Below the pieces are notes generated by a model that had not been told where the DNA came from, made no database searches, and saw only the letters and a list, made by a program, of their open reading frames with translations. The translations under genes were made by a program, and so were the position numbers. Shown piece after piece: positions 8,346-18,587 of a stretch of 50,560 nucleotides of DNA. This DNA comes from Hormoscilla sp. (GTDB lineage Bacteria > Cyanobacteriota > Cyanobacteriia > Cyanobacteriales > Desertifilaceae). The first letter of the stretch is position 1; the number at the start of each line of letters is the position of its first letter. The stretch is from positions 1-50,560 of the forward strand of contig JBFRWI010000162.1 of the NCBI GenBank assembly GCA_051439505.1. The letters run 5' to 3'.

Positions 8346-11108
8346 TTGCTAGAACTTGACCTCAAAACCCTATTTCCCTTTGAGTTGGATTCTTTTCAGC
8401 TCTCTGCGATCGCGGCCTTAGACTCGGGGAAGTCCGTAGTCGTCTGTGCGCCCACCGGTTCGGGCAAAACCCTCATCGGAGAATATGCCATCTATCGGGC
8501 CCTGGCCCATTCCAGACGAGTATTTTATACTACTCCGATCAAAGCCCTTTCCAACCAAAAATTCCGGGATTTCTGCCACCAGTTTGGCAAAGAGCAAGTA
8601 GGATTACTGACGGGAGATGTGTCAATATTTCCGGACTCGCCGATTCTGGTGATGACGACAGAAATCTTTAGGAATATGCTGTACGGCACGGATATAGGAG
8701 ATGTAGGCACTTCCCTGAACAATGTTGAGGCGGTAGTGCTAGATGAATGCCATTATGTCAACGACTCCCAGCGGGGTACAGTTTGGGAAGAGTCGATCAT
8801 ATATTGTCCGCCGTCAATTCAACTGGTGGCTCTATCGGCCACGGTGGCCAATAAAGAACAACTGACAAATTGGATCTGTCAAGTGCATGGACCGACAGAG
8901 TTGGTAGCATCAGACTATCGACCAGTGCCGCTAGAATATCACTTCTGCGATCGCAGAGGATTATTTCCGCTACTAGACAGCAAGCAAAGGGAGATGAATC
9001 CCCTGCTGAAAAGCCGGAAAGTGCGCAGAAAGGGTGAAAGAGGGCGTTTTCCGGTAGAAGATTGTCCGACAATAGGATTTGTGCTGAGTCAATTGATGCA
9101 GCGGGATATGCTGCCAGCAATATACTTCATATTTAGCCGTAGGGGCTGCGAACGAGCAGTGGCAGAACTGGGAAGTATGTCACTGCTGAATGCAGCAGAA
9201 TCAGAGCTGGTAAAAAAACGTTTAGAGCAATTCATCGAGGATAATTATCACCATTACAACCCCGACCAGATCGCATCCCTGTACAGAGGCATGGCGGCCC
9301 ATCATGCCGGGGTATTGCCAATGTATAAAAACTTGATCGAAGAACTGTTTCAGGAAGGTTTGTTGAAAGTAGTGTTTGCTACAGAAACCCTGGCAGTAGG
9401 AATAAATATGCCCGCCAGGACAACAGTAATATCCAGCCTGTCAAAGCGCACGGATGAAGGGCATCGGATGCTGAATAAGTTAGAATTTTTGCAAATGGCG
9501 GGCAGGGCAGGTCGCCGAGGCATGGATCTGCGGGGTCATGTGGTAACAGTGCAAACGCCATTTGAAGGGACGAAGGAAGCAGTCAAGCTGACAATTAAAG
9601 AAGTAGAACCCCTAAGGAGTCAGTTTACACCTAGCTATGGAATGGTGCTGAATCTACTGCAAAAGCGGAGCTTGGCAGAAGCAAAAGCACTGGTAGAGAG
9701 CAGTTTTAATCAGCACCTGGCGACATCGAACCAGCAAAGGGCGATCTCCGGGTTGCAAGGAGAGATAAATTTCCTGACAGGGGAAATCACAGAAAAGGTC
9801 AAGCATCTGTTAGCATATGGATACGGGGATATCGAGTTGATCGGGGAGCAATTGAGCAGCTATGAAAAATTAAAAGAGTCAATCAAAGTCGAACAGAAAA
9901 TCCTGAAGAATCTGAAAAATCAGGCCCAACAAGCGCGGACAAAAGACCTAGCAGCGGCAATAGATTTTGCCGTTACGGGAACGATACTCAGCATAAAAGG
10001 AAAGTACGTGAAAGTGGCAAGGCCAGTGCCAGCTGTGCTGGTAGAAAAAATTCCCGGGTCGGGTTTGGCTCCACAGTTGGTATGTTTGGGCAAGGATAAT
10101 CGGTGGTACGTGGCAACAGTAGCGGATGTGGTAGAATTACATGCAGAAGTACCGCGTTTGAAGGTGGTGGATGAATTAGCGCCCCCTCCTCAGATGCCGC
10201 TACAGCGAGGAAAATCTTGTCAGGGAGATGAAGTAACAGCCCAGATCGCCCAGCAGATACCGGTAATGACCCCAGAAGAACCAGCGGAAGTGGCGATGCA
10301 ACAGGCGCGAGTAATCACCCTACAAGAAAAGATGGAGCAACATCCAGTGGGACAGTGGCGCGATCGGGGCAAGATCGTCAAGCAAGTCGAGCGGGCGGCG
10401 AAACTTCAGGCCCAAATAAAAGAGCGCCAGCGAGAAATAGAAAAGTGCCAGCAAGAACTGCAAGAACAGCTGTCACGGAACTGGGAAGAATTTATCTGTT
10501 TAATTGAGATATTGAAGGAGTTTAACTGCCTGATAGATTCCGGCGATCGCCTGAGGGAGACTGAGTTAGGGCAGTTATGTGCGGCCCTGAGGGGAGATAA
10601 CGAACTGTGGCTGGGTTTAGCTTTAATGTCAGAAGAACTAGAATACCTCAAACCCCATCAGCTAGCAGCAGTATGTGCGGCTTTGATCACGGAGGAGTCG
10701 GGACGTACCGACTCCTGGACGGAATATGAATTATCAGCGGAAGTGGAGCAAATATTAACGGGGTTTAAGTTGCGGAGTCTGCGCCAGAGATTAAATCAGG
10801 TGCAGCGCCGCTACCAAAAGAAAACTCCCATGCTCATGCCCCCAGTTTGGTTAGAGCGGGATTTAATTGCTATAGTAGAAAAATGGACATCGTCTGAGGG
10901 GGGGGGGCAAGTATCCTGGCTAGAACTTTGCTCCCATACGAGTTTAGACGAGGGAGATGTGGTGCGGATGCTGCGCCGAACTTTGGATTTCTTGTCGCAA
11001 GTGCCCCGTTTGCCCCACCTGTCAAAACAGCTGAGAAGAAATGGCAGGCTCGCGATGGATATGATGAAAAGGTTCCCGATCGATGACAGCGTCCAATGGG
11101 AAGTGTAA
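8346..11108 (+). CDS. Ski2/HelY-like DEAD/DEAH-box RNA helicase
   Basis: APTGSGKT, PIKALSNQK, DECH, LSAT, TETLAVGINMPA, QMAGRAGRRG, C-terminal DEGDVVR (DSHCT-like). Confidence 0.95.
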   Translation: MLELDLKTLFPFELDSFQLSAIAALDSGKSVVVCAPTGSGKTLIGEYAIYRALAHSRRVFYTTPIKALSNQKFRDFCHQFGKEQVGLLTGDVSIFPDSPILVMTTEIFRNMLYGTDIGDVGTSLNNVEAVVLDECHYVNDSQRGTVWEESIIYCPPSIQLVALSATVANKEQLTNWICQVHGPTELVASDYRPVPLEYHFCDRRGLFPLLDSKQREMNPLLKSRKVRRKGERGRFPVEDCPTIGFVLSQLMQRDMLPAIYFIFSRRGCERAVAELGSMSLLNAAESELVKKRLEQFIEDNYHHYNPDQIASLYRGMAAHHAGVLPMYKNLIEELFQEGLLKVVFATETLAVGINMPARTTVISSLSKRTDEGHRMLNKLEFLQMAGRAGRRGMDLRGHVVTVQTPFEGTKEAVKLTIKEVEPLRSQFTPSYGMVLNLLQKRSLAEAKALVESSFNQHLATSNQQRAISGLQGEINFLTGEITEKVKHLLAYGYGDIELIGEQLSSYEKLKESIKVEQKILKNLKNQAQQARTKDLAAAIDFAVTGTILSIKGKYVKVARPVPAVLVEKIPGSGLAPQLVCLGKDNRWYVATVADVVELHAEVPRLKVVDELAPPPQMPLQRGKSCQGDEVTAQIAQQIPVMTPEEPAEVAMQQARVITLQEKMEQHPVGQWRDRGKIVKQVERAAKLQAQIKERQREIEKCQQELQEQLSRNWEEFICLIEILKEFNCLIDSGDRLRETELGQLCAALRGDNELWLGLALMSEELEYLKPHQLAAVCAALITEESGRTDSWTEYELSAEVEQILTGFKLRSLRQRLNQVQRRYQKKTPMLMPPVWLERDLIAIVEKWTSSEGGGQVSWLELCSHTSLDEGDVVRMLRRTLDFLSQVPRLPHLSKQLRRNGRLAMDMMKRFPIDDSVQWEV

Positions 11109-11213
11109 ATGATTTCCCGATCGGAAGTTTCAATTATAAATTGGGAATTGGGAATTGTTTAAGTTAGGGTGTAAGAGAAAAGATGTAGGAGAGGGACTCA
11201 GGGTAGAAAGTCC

Positions 11214-12344
11214 ATGACAGTTGTAGAAAAACTGGTAAAAGATTGGCGAACGAGGCTGCAAACAGAATGTGCAGACCAAAACCGGAAAACGCAGGAGAGC
11301 ACGATCGACTGGCTACTAGGAGAAGATAGAGACCGGTATGAGACGATGAGTGCCGACCAGTTGGAAATAGCAGTGCAAGCAATGGATTATCGCTACCGGA
11401 TTTTACAGCAGCGATACTTGGGGGTACACCCAGAAGCAGCATATAACCGGTTAATGCAGCGGCTGAGCAGCTTGTTTTTGATTCGCAACAAGATCAGGAC
11501 TTGGGTGGCCCTGAGCCGCGATCGACAGCGGTCAGTGGTGGATGTACTGCAAGAGGTGATTCAGGAATTATTGCAGAACGATCGATACCTACAGCAGCAA
11601 ATAGCTTGGATTGCCAAATGCACTCCCAGCAACCGGTTGAGAAACACCCTGATCCTAGCCACGACGGAGGAATATTGCCTGCGACCGATCAGAAACCAAC
11701 CGCTATTGCTGTATAGATTTGTTAACTATCTGCGGCGGATCCAGCGGGGAGGCATGACACAAGTGCCAATGGGAGATTTGGTGCGGGTGGTTTCCGAAGA
11801 ACTGACAATGGATGAGACAGACAACCCGATCAGTCTGCTAGATGCCCAGGCGATCACGCAATACCAGGAGTCGGAAGCATGGGAAGAACGAGAGAGACAG
11901 CGGCAGACAGTACAAAAGGAATTTGCAGCATACCTAGAGGAGAAACTAGGTACGCCAGCAGCTAAGTGGCTGGAACTGTACCTGCAAGGTCGATCCCAAG
12001 AATCGATCGCGCAAGAGTTAAATCTGCCAGTCAAGCAAGTGTATCGGTTGCGGGAAAAAATTAGCTACCATGCGATTCGCATCTTTGCGCTGAAAAATCA
12101 GCCGGAATTGGTAGCTAGTTGGTTGGAGACTTCTTTAAGGGAAAACAGCCTCGGACTAACGCCGGCTGAGTGGACGCAATACTGGGAAACACTCACGCCA
12201 ATTCAGCAACAGCTACTAGAACAGATGAAAGCAGGTAAAAGCATTTCCGAGATCGCATCTTTGCTGAACTGGAAAGCCAGCCAAGTAATGTCAGAATGGA
12301 GTAAGCTTTACTTAGCAGCCCAGACAATGAGAAATTCGGACTAG
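11214..12344 (+). CDS. HetZ-related protein
   Basis: Resembles the cyanobacterial HetZ-related family (RNKIRTWVALSRDRQRSVVDVLQEV) with C-terminal HTH-like segments. Confidence 0.75.
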   Translation: MTVVEKLVKDWRTRLQTECADQNRKTQESTIDWLLGEDRDRYETMSADQLEIAVQAMDYRYRILQQRYLGVHPEAAYNRLMQRLSSLFLIRNKIRTWVALSRDRQRSVVDVLQEVIQELLQNDRYLQQQIAWIAKCTPSNRLRNTLILATTEEYCLRPIRNQPLLLYRFVNYLRRIQRGGMTQVPMGDLVRVVSEELTMDETDNPISLLDAQAITQYQESEAWEERERQRQTVQKEFAAYLEEKLGTPAAKWLELYLQGRSQESIAQELNLPVKQVYRLREKISYHAIRIFALKNQPELVASWLETSLRENSLGLTPAEWTQYWETLTPIQQQLLEQMKAGKSISEIASLLNWKASQVMSEWSKLYLAAQTMRNSD

Positions 12345-12433
12345 GGCGGTATACCAGGGCAGGGCAGCAGGGAAATAATTGACAAATTTGCAGAGGGCGT
12401 CTATAATGAAGAACTGCACGAGATGCACCCTAT

Positions 12434-13624
12434 ATGAGTGTCCCAACAGAAAAATCAAGGCGATCGGACGGTAAAGCAGCAGCCGAGATAGATACGGACG
12501 TGATGTTTGATTTGATTGACAGGATTTTACCCTTTGAAGCCTGTCTTTATCATCAAGTGCTGCCGATGAAGCTCATCGGCAGCAAGCTGCATTTGGGCAT
12601 GGTCGATCGGTCGGACAATGGCGCGATCGATTACTTCCGCCGCCTGATGGCCTATCTGAATTGCTCGGTGGTGCCCGAAGAGATTTCCTCCCAGACGCAC
12701 CAAAAGATGCTCTCGGCGTATTTGAAGCAAGCAAGCAAAAAGCAATCTGGGCAGTCACTTCTAGCATCTGGTTCTCAAAAGGCAGCCCCTCGCCAAGAAA
12801 AAAAACCAGCTAGTGATAGCGTGCAGCCCGATGGCCAGAAATCAGACGCTTCCTGGCATACGGAAGCGACTCTGATTGTGGATAGTCCCGAGGAACTGAA
12901 ATATGGCCAGGAACGGGATACTTCCCAAGGGGGACGGAAAACTCTTCCAAGGGCCGATCGCGATCCCATCAAGCAGCATGGGGGACCGCCGCGAGCAATA
13001 AAGGGTCAGGCATTGCCCAAGCTGGAAGTGCAGGCGCGTCACTTATCAACTCCTGTAGAAGAGCTAATTTTTCTACCGCCCCAAGAGTTGCTACAAGAAT
13101 TACTCGCACGAGTGCTGATGGGAGGGATTGGCAGGTTATACTTTGAGAGGCATAAAGATTGCGGGCGGATTTTGTGGAGTCTCAATGGAGTATTGCAATC
13201 TGTCTTAGAAAGCATACCCCCAGCAGTCTTCCAAGGAGTAATCAATGAGTTGAAGCGGTTGACGAGGATGCCGTTGCTGCCAGTACAAAAAGCAAAACAA
13301 GTGGAGATTGAACGACTATATCAACAAACGCGGCTGTTATTGCGCCTGCGAGTGATGCCGGGTACTCATGGAGAGGATGCAACTCTCCAGGTGTTGCGCG
13401 GGGCAGCTTTGAAGTTCTATCAGCAGCAACAGCTGACTTCTTTAGGTAGAGATGCCTTGACGATCGCCCAACAGTTGCAGCAGAAGTTGAATGAAATTGA
13501 GAAACGCACCCAAGATAATCCGAGTTTAGGCATGAACTTGGAGGCTTTGCCAGTGCTAAATCAGATTTTGAACCATCTAAATCAACAGCTGCAGGATTTG
13601 ACAGTAAAGGCCAAGCAACGCTAG
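12434..13624 (+). CDS. GspE/PilB N-terminal-domain protein lacking the ATPase domain
   Basis: ILPFEACLYHQVLP, GIGRLYFER, GEDATLQVLRGAAL; no Walker A motif. Confidence 0.7.
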   Translation: MSVPTEKSRRSDGKAAAEIDTDVMFDLIDRILPFEACLYHQVLPMKLIGSKLHLGMVDRSDNGAIDYFRRLMAYLNCSVVPEEISSQTHQKMLSAYLKQASKKQSGQSLLASGSQKAAPRQEKKPASDSVQPDGQKSDASWHTEATLIVDSPEELKYGQERDTSQGGRKTLPRADRDPIKQHGGPPRAIKGQALPKLEVQARHLSTPVEELIFLPPQELLQELLARVLMGGIGRLYFERHKDCGRILWSLNGVLQSVLESIPPAVFQGVINELKRLTRMPLLPVQKAKQVEIERLYQQTRLLLRLRVMPGTHGEDATLQVLRGAALKFYQQQQLTSLGRDALTIAQQLQQKLNEIEKRTQDNPSLGMNLEALPVLNQILNHLNQQLQDLTVKAKQR

Positions 13625-13718
13625 TCATAGAGTTATAAGTTGTAAGTTGTAAGTTGTCGGTTGTGGGCTATTGTTGACCACTAACAATTAACCACTGACG
13701 ACGGATAAAGGTAAGTGC

Positions 13719-14642
13719 ATGACCAATTATGCAGATAAATCTATCCTCATTGCCGTGGTTGGGGACATCCACGATCAATGGGAGGCCGATGATGCGGCGG
13801 CCCTGAAACATCTGGGAGTGGATTTGGTGCTGTTTGTAGGGGATTTTGGCAATGAGTCAGTGCCAGTGGTAAAGGCGATCGCGTCTCTGGAGATCCCCTT
13901 TGCGGCGATCGCGGGCAACCACGATTGCTGGTATACGGCGACGCCTTGGGGCGTGAAGAAATGTCCGTATAACCGGCAGATAGAAGACCGGGTGCAGCAA
14001 CAATTGGACTTGCTGGGGGCGGCCCATGTAGGTTACGGTAAGCTGGATGTGGCTAGTTTGAATTTAACGGTGGTGGGAGGGCGTCCTTTTAGCTGGGGGG
14101 GATCGGACTGGAAGAATGGCCAGTTCTATCGCGATCGCTATGGCATCAATAATTTTGCCGAGTCAACCAGTCGGATCGTAACTGCTGCTGAGGCTGCGGC
14201 TTATGAAACAATCATTTTTATGGGACATTGCGGCCCCAAGGGGTTAGGGGATAAGGCGGAAGACCCCTGTGGGAAAGATTGGAAGCCGATCGGGGGGGAT
14301 CATGGAGATCCGGACTTGGCCGAGGCGATCGGCCTGACGCGGGCAGCTGGAAAAAGGATTCCGCTGGTGGTATTCGGTCACATGCACCACAATCTGCGTC
14401 ACACTAAAACCAGGCTGAGAAAGTCGATTGCGGTCTCTCCAGAGGGAACGGTCTACCTAAATGCTGCCAGAGTGCCCCGATGGATGGAAACCCCGAGGGG
14501 TCGCCTGCGCAATTTTTCCCTGGTGTCCCTGGAAGCTGGGGTGGTATCGCGGGTATCGCTGGTCTGGGTTGATGAAGACTTTCTAATTGCCAATTCAGAA
14601 AATCTTCTGAATCAACCGAATTTGGTAGTGTCATCCGTGTAG
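13719..14642 (+). CDS. Calcineurin-like metallophosphoesterase (TIGR04168/DevT-like)
   Basis: GDIH, GDFGNE, GNHD, GHMHH metal-binding motifs. Confidence 0.88.
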   Translation: MTNYADKSILIAVVGDIHDQWEADDAAALKHLGVDLVLFVGDFGNESVPVVKAIASLEIPFAAIAGNHDCWYTATPWGVKKCPYNRQIEDRVQQQLDLLGAAHVGYGKLDVASLNLTVVGGRPFSWGGSDWKNGQFYRDRYGINNFAESTSRIVTAAEAAAYETIIFMGHCGPKGLGDKAEDPCGKDWKPIGGDHGDPDLAEAIGLTRAAGKRIPLVVFGHMHHNLRHTKTRLRKSIAVSPEGTVYLNAARVPRWMETPRGRLRNFSLVSLEAGVVSRVSLVWVDEDFLIANSENLLNQPNLVVSSV

Positions 14643-14671
14643 AAATAAGATATGATATGATACGAGGAGCT

Positions 14672-14756
14672 GGAGAGGTGGCAGAGTGGTCGATCGCGCT
14701 CGACTTGAAATCGAGTGAACCGCAAGGTTCCGTGGGTTCAAATCCCACCCTCTCCG
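14672..14756 (+). tRNA. trnS: tRNA-Ser(TGA)
   Basis: Acceptor GGAGAGG/CCTCTCC, D-loop GAGTGGT, anticodon arm CTCGA-CTTGAAA-TCGAG, long variable arm GAACCGCAAGGTTC, T-loop GGTTCAAATCC. Confidence 0.97.
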
Positions 14757-14762
14757 TTGGTT

Positions 14763-15112
14763 TCAGCCTCGTGGCCCCCGCTTTTTTGAGTATTTTGAGT
14801 ATTTTGAGTATTCGGGGGCTGGTACCCTCATTGTCGATCGCCTTGGCGACCATATTGCGGGACTGACCTGGGATGTAAGTTGCCCGCAAGCACTGGCTGG
14901 TTGCGATCGCCCACTCATCCATTCTCGGATCCAGCGGTTGACCATGATTCGGAACTGTGGGGAGAGCCATTGAGCTAAATCTATGGCCACTTCTGGGTGG
15001 ACCCAAGTCCCCTGAGAGCCGTTGCATCTCCTCCACGCTTGCATAGTTTCGTCGCATTTACATAGCCGTCTTCCTGACGTTGGGGCACGGCCAGCCCATT
15101 AACTTCATGCAT
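14763..15112 (-). pseudogene. KilA-N domain gene remnant (internal deletion plus frameshift)
   Basis: One frame reads MHEVNGLAVPQRQEDGYVNATKLCKRGG; a shifted frame continues QGTWVHPEVAIDLAQWLSPQF; the usual intervening KilA-N segment is missing. Confidence 0.8.
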
Positions 15113-15120
15113 AATGCTGT

Positions 15121-16041
15121 TCAATCGTCAAGTCTCAGCCCTTCTTTCCCCTCTAAGATAGGCTGAATTATTTCTCTTTCGTAGGACAGGAGTGGTATTA
15201 ATTCCTGGGCTTTCTTCTTCTTTGCTTTTTTGTAGTGAATGCTGGCTTTTAGCAAACGCAACGGAATATTAAATTCCTGAATGTCAGATGTGAGTTCTTG
15301 CCAGACTGTAAACCATGATTCGGCAGCGAAGTCACTAACCATTTCTGATGTTAGCATAGGGATAGCATATACAAGTCCTACCCCTAAATTTGTTAGGGCC
15401 TGAAATTCATCGTAAATTGTGATAATGAAAGGAATATCTGAACGCCAAATCGCAATATCGTAACTTTCCTTAAATTGGTGGCGAAGGATTAATGCGGTAC
15501 TTTCTTTACATATGCTTTCTGCGGGATTATGTTCAAACGCTTCATATAAGGCTGAGATGCCTTTTTCCGAATTGCCTAGTCCAAAAAATGTAATAGCACG
15601 GATGACGAAGACATAAGGTATTTCACAGCCTAGCTCTATTGCTCGTTCACATGACTGTAAAGCTTTTTGATTACGCAAGAGCATCATTAATGCTCGTGAC
15701 TGCCAAAACCAAGCATCTGCATCAGTAGGTTTTAACTCAATAGCAGTATCGGCAGAAGTTAAAGCTTCTTCGTAACGTTCAAGAGCTAGTAAAATATAGC
15801 AGCGTAGAATCCAGATGTAGTGGACGTTATTCATTGCGGCAATAGAGTTGTCGCAGGCTGTTAAAGCCTTGTCATAAGATCTTTCTTCTATCAACTCACA
15901 AACCTTTTTGTACTGCCCCATCCAGTATTTAGCCTTGGCCTGGGCCCTCTGGTAGGGAGATAGCACTACTTCTATTCTCTTGATTCTATCTTCTTGATCT
16001 TCATCTCCTTGGTAAGTAAATGGAATTTTTCCTGGGCTCAT
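15121..16041 (-). CDS. TPR repeat protein
   Basis: YEEALTSADTAIELKPTDADAW and related TPR units. Confidence 0.8.
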   Translation of the reverse strand: MSPGKIPFTYQGDEDQEDRIKRIEVVLSPYQRAQAKAKYWMGQYKKVCELIEERSYDKALTACDNSIAAMNNVHYIWILRCYILLALERYEEALTSADTAIELKPTDADAWFWQSRALMMLLRNQKALQSCERAIELGCEIPYVFVIRAITFFGLGNSEKGISALYEAFEHNPAESICKESTALILRHQFKESYDIAIWRSDIPFIITIYDEFQALTNLGVGLVYAIPMLTSEMVSDFAAESWFTVWQELTSDIQEFNIPLRLLKASIHYKKAKKKKAQELIPLLSYEREIIQPILEGKEGLRLDD

Positions 16042-16138
16042 GATTCTATTCCCTGATATGTTTCAGTCATTAAGTCTCAGTCCCCCAGTTGGCTGCTGGG
16101 GGGTATTCAATTATAGCCTACAGATGCAATTGAATTGC

Positions 16139-16414
16139 TTATAACCCTTCAGTCTTCTGGATCGTAATCACTTCGGAGTGAAACTTCTCTGTAATCTCCT
16201 TGAGTTTTTTGATTTCCATCAGGCAAGGATCATCGTATGAATAGTCGCCATCCATGGGGAACAAGGGGAGAATTGCAATTAGTTCTGTGATGGCGTACAG
16301 CCCATCTTTTAGGTCCTTGGGGGTTAAGGTTCGCCAATTGACAGCGTCGTCCATTACGGCGATCGCCAAAAGCCGTTTAGCAGCATCTCCATTCTCTACC
16401 CAAACATTGAACAT
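16139..16414 (-). CDS. Hypothetical protein
   Basis: Co-oriented in the leftward operon; AGGAG RBS upstream. Confidence 0.6.
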   Translation of the reverse strand: MFNVWVENGDAAKRLLAIAVMDDAVNWRTLTPKDLKDGLYAITELIAILPLFPMDGDYSYDDPCLMEIKKLKEITEKFHSEVITIQKTEGL

Positions 16415-16426
16415 TTTGTTGTGCTC

Positions 16427-16684
16427 CTATGATTTATTGAATTCTTCGTCGTTTTTGATGAGGATAGCATTATCCCATTCTTTATAATCACAATGGTCAC
16501 AGCCCCAGCCATACTTCGTAGAAACCATTGTTCCCTTTTCACAATGAGGGCAATAAACCTTGTCCCTTTCTTGACTCGACGAGATCGATCGCATTAGAGC
16601 GTAATGAAGTAGATCACGACCATTCCAATTAGCATATTGCAGCAGTTTGTTTTTCTTGCTCATGGTACAATTCCTCATAATCAC
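16427..16684 (-). CDS. Small zinc-ribbon protein
   Basis: CPHC...CDHC; overlaps the end of the helicase gene. Confidence 0.6.
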   Translation of the reverse strand: MIMRNCTMSKKNKLLQYANWNGRDLLHYALMRSISSSQERDKVYCPHCEKGTMVSTKYGWGCDHCDYKEWDNAILIKNDEEFNKS

Positions 16685-18275
16685 TTATAGAGCCTAGGAG
16701 CTGATCCTCCGACTTCTCTTTTTTGTTGCCAGGCAGCCACCCCGGATTCCCCACAATACACAATTCCGACTTGCTGCGAGTTAAGGCTACGTACAACAAA
16801 TTCTCCTCTTGCTCCTCTTGCCACGGCTTGATCGATCTCCAGCTCATGGGCATGTCCTCTGGTCGATACAGAAAGATGCGATCGGCCTCTAATCCCTTTG
16901 CCCGATGGCAAGTGCAGAGAGTAACCAGTCCATCGCTGTTGTCCGAGAACAGGCCATGAATGTAGTTCTGCAACTCTTCAGTGCTTTTGGTCATAGGTAA
17001 AGCCTGGCAGATCGCAGAGATGGCAGCAATCTTATCCTTGAACAGTTCGATCAGTTGGTCAGCATTGTCCATCTGACGGTATTGCTCAATCTTCGCTGCC
17101 CGGTACATTTCTAGGGCTGACAAAAAGTGATCGAACGGAAATCCTAACTTGTCAACTTCTTTAATCACCTTACAGAGGGACTCCCCGATCGCCCGTCCTT
17201 TGACGATCGCCGGGACACCATCAGAGATCAGTTTGATGCAGAGGCTCACAAGGGGGGCGGTTTTGCGGCCAATTATCAAATCCTCTTTCGATAGCTCGGT
17301 TTTCCTAAGTTGATCTTCGTTAATTATAGTGATCATGCCCTCATGAGCACCCGGGGCTGGCTCGATCAGGATATGGGGGAAGATCTTGTTAACCAGTTCG
17401 ATATGCGATCGGGGGCACCGGTAACATAGCGAGAGAGGTAACTCCATACCGCCAATCCTGCGGAGGATTCTCTCGTAACTGTCAGAGTCGGCCCCTGCAA
17501 ATCCCATGATTGCCTGGCGAGGGTCGCCAACGAACATCATGCGGCCATTATCCCCCGCCAAAATGCAGCTCAATTCCAATTGAGTAGCGTTCAAGTCTTG
17601 GCATTCATCGACGAAAACAAACTGGTAAGGCTTGAAGATCCTGGAAGTTTTCCCTAGATTCCACTTGACAGGAAGCCAGATCATATCGGTGTAGTCAAAG
17701 CTCCTTTTTTCTATAGCCAGACGTTCTCCCTTTTTTAGGAGAGTTGAGATAGCAGAGGAGATTTCCTCAGTATAGTCAGGATCAATGTCAATGTCGAAAT
17801 GATTACAGAGATTCATTACTGACTCTTCGATGACTTTGACATTAGTCAATCTAACAAGATCTACCAACTTGACAAGACCTCTGGGACCATCTATAATTCC
17901 TTTGAAATCTTGGATTAACCGATTATGATAGATCCATCCGAAGTCCTTCATGATTTTTTTGTACTTACTGGCATTGACTAATCCCCGGGGCTTTAGGGAT
18001 AAGTGCGATCTCAGTAAGCCCCACCCGGCACTATGAAGGGTGCTAATGCTTTTAGCCCATCTGGGGCCTAGCTTTGAGGTTAACTGGGTCGCATTGGCTT
18101 TGCCGAAAACTACAATCTTGATGTCGCGGGGGTTGACTCCATCCGATTCTAGCGCCTTGACGCCCAGTTCTATACTTGTGGACTTCCCACTGCCTGCAGC
18201 GGCATTGACACAACTGCTGCCTTCCCCAGTTTTGAGCCATTCAATGATGGATTGTTGGTATTTTGATGGTTGCAT
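16629..18275 (-). CDS. UvrD/REP-like superfamily 1 helicase
   Basis: AAAGSGKST, VDECQD, VGDPRQAIMGFAGA, YRCP, TCHRAKGLE, LLYVALTRSK. Confidence 0.93.
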   Translation of the reverse strand: MQPSKYQQSIIEWLKTGEGSSCVNAAAGSGKSTSIELGVKALESDGVNPRDIKIVVFGKANATQLTSKLGPRWAKSISTLHSAGWGLLRSHLSLKPRGLVNASKYKKIMKDFGWIYHNRLIQDFKGIIDGPRGLVKLVDLVRLTNVKVIEESVMNLCNHFDIDIDPDYTEEISSAISTLLKKGERLAIEKRSFDYTDMIWLPVKWNLGKTSRIFKPYQFVFVDECQDLNATQLELSCILAGDNGRMMFVGDPRQAIMGFAGADSDSYERILRRIGGMELPLSLCYRCPRSHIELVNKIFPHILIEPAPGAHEGMITIINEDQLRKTELSKEDLIIGRKTAPLVSLCIKLISDGVPAIVKGRAIGESLCKVIKEVDKLGFPFDHFLSALEMYRAAKIEQYRQMDNADQLIELFKDKIAAISAICQALPMTKSTEELQNYIHGLFSDNSDGLVTLCTCHRAKGLEADRIFLYRPEDMPMSWRSIKPWQEEQEENLLYVALTRSKSELCIVGNPGWLPGNKKEKSEDQLLGSISDYEELYHEQEKQTAAIC

Positions 18276-18305
18276 TTTAATCCTCTCCTTGCTTTTTCAC
18301 TTTTA

Positions 18306-18587
18306 TTAGCTCCTCATAAGCTCAATAATCTGATCAATCTTTGATGCGGAACAACCTAGTCCAAAAGGGGGCTGGGTTTGGCAAAACTCTTCATGACTAT
18401 CAAAGTGTTGTTCATTTTTCTTGGTAAATTGGCTATAACCTTTGCGTTCCCTCATATAACTACGCCATGATTCCAGTTGCTGAGCGTAAGATTGAAGGGC
18501 GCTTAGATTTTCCAACATTTTCAGATACGCTTTGTTATTCGGAGGTTGATCTTTTAGCATTGCCAGACCTCCTGGGGTTGCCCCCAC
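18306..18587 (-). CDS. Hypothetical protein
   Basis: Co-oriented; EFCQTQPPFGLG segment; overlaps neighbouring gene. Confidence 0.55.
   Translation of the reverse strand: MGATPGGLAMLKDQPPNNKAYLKMLENLSALQSYAQQLESWRSYMRERKGYSQFTKKNEQHFDSHEEFCQTQPPFGLGCSASKIDQIIELMRS

Noticed and set aside
10878..10887. G10 tract in the HelY-like helicase as phase variation
   Set aside because: In frame (EGGG) in a housekeeping gene; nothing else supports a switch.
14741..14756. attL/attR direct repeat of the tRNA 3' end
   Set aside because: No convincing second copy seen near 46740; AATCCCTCTCCC at about 25943 is only a short partial match.
14404..15057. 217-aa minus-strand ORF and 69-aa plus-strand ORF over the tRNA
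   Set aside because: Shadow frames across tRNA-Ser and the KilA-N remnant.
14757..16041. SSV1-style split integrase with the N-terminal half at the left boundary
   Set aside because: Minus-strand frames there encode KilA-N and TPR sequences, with no integrase motifs.
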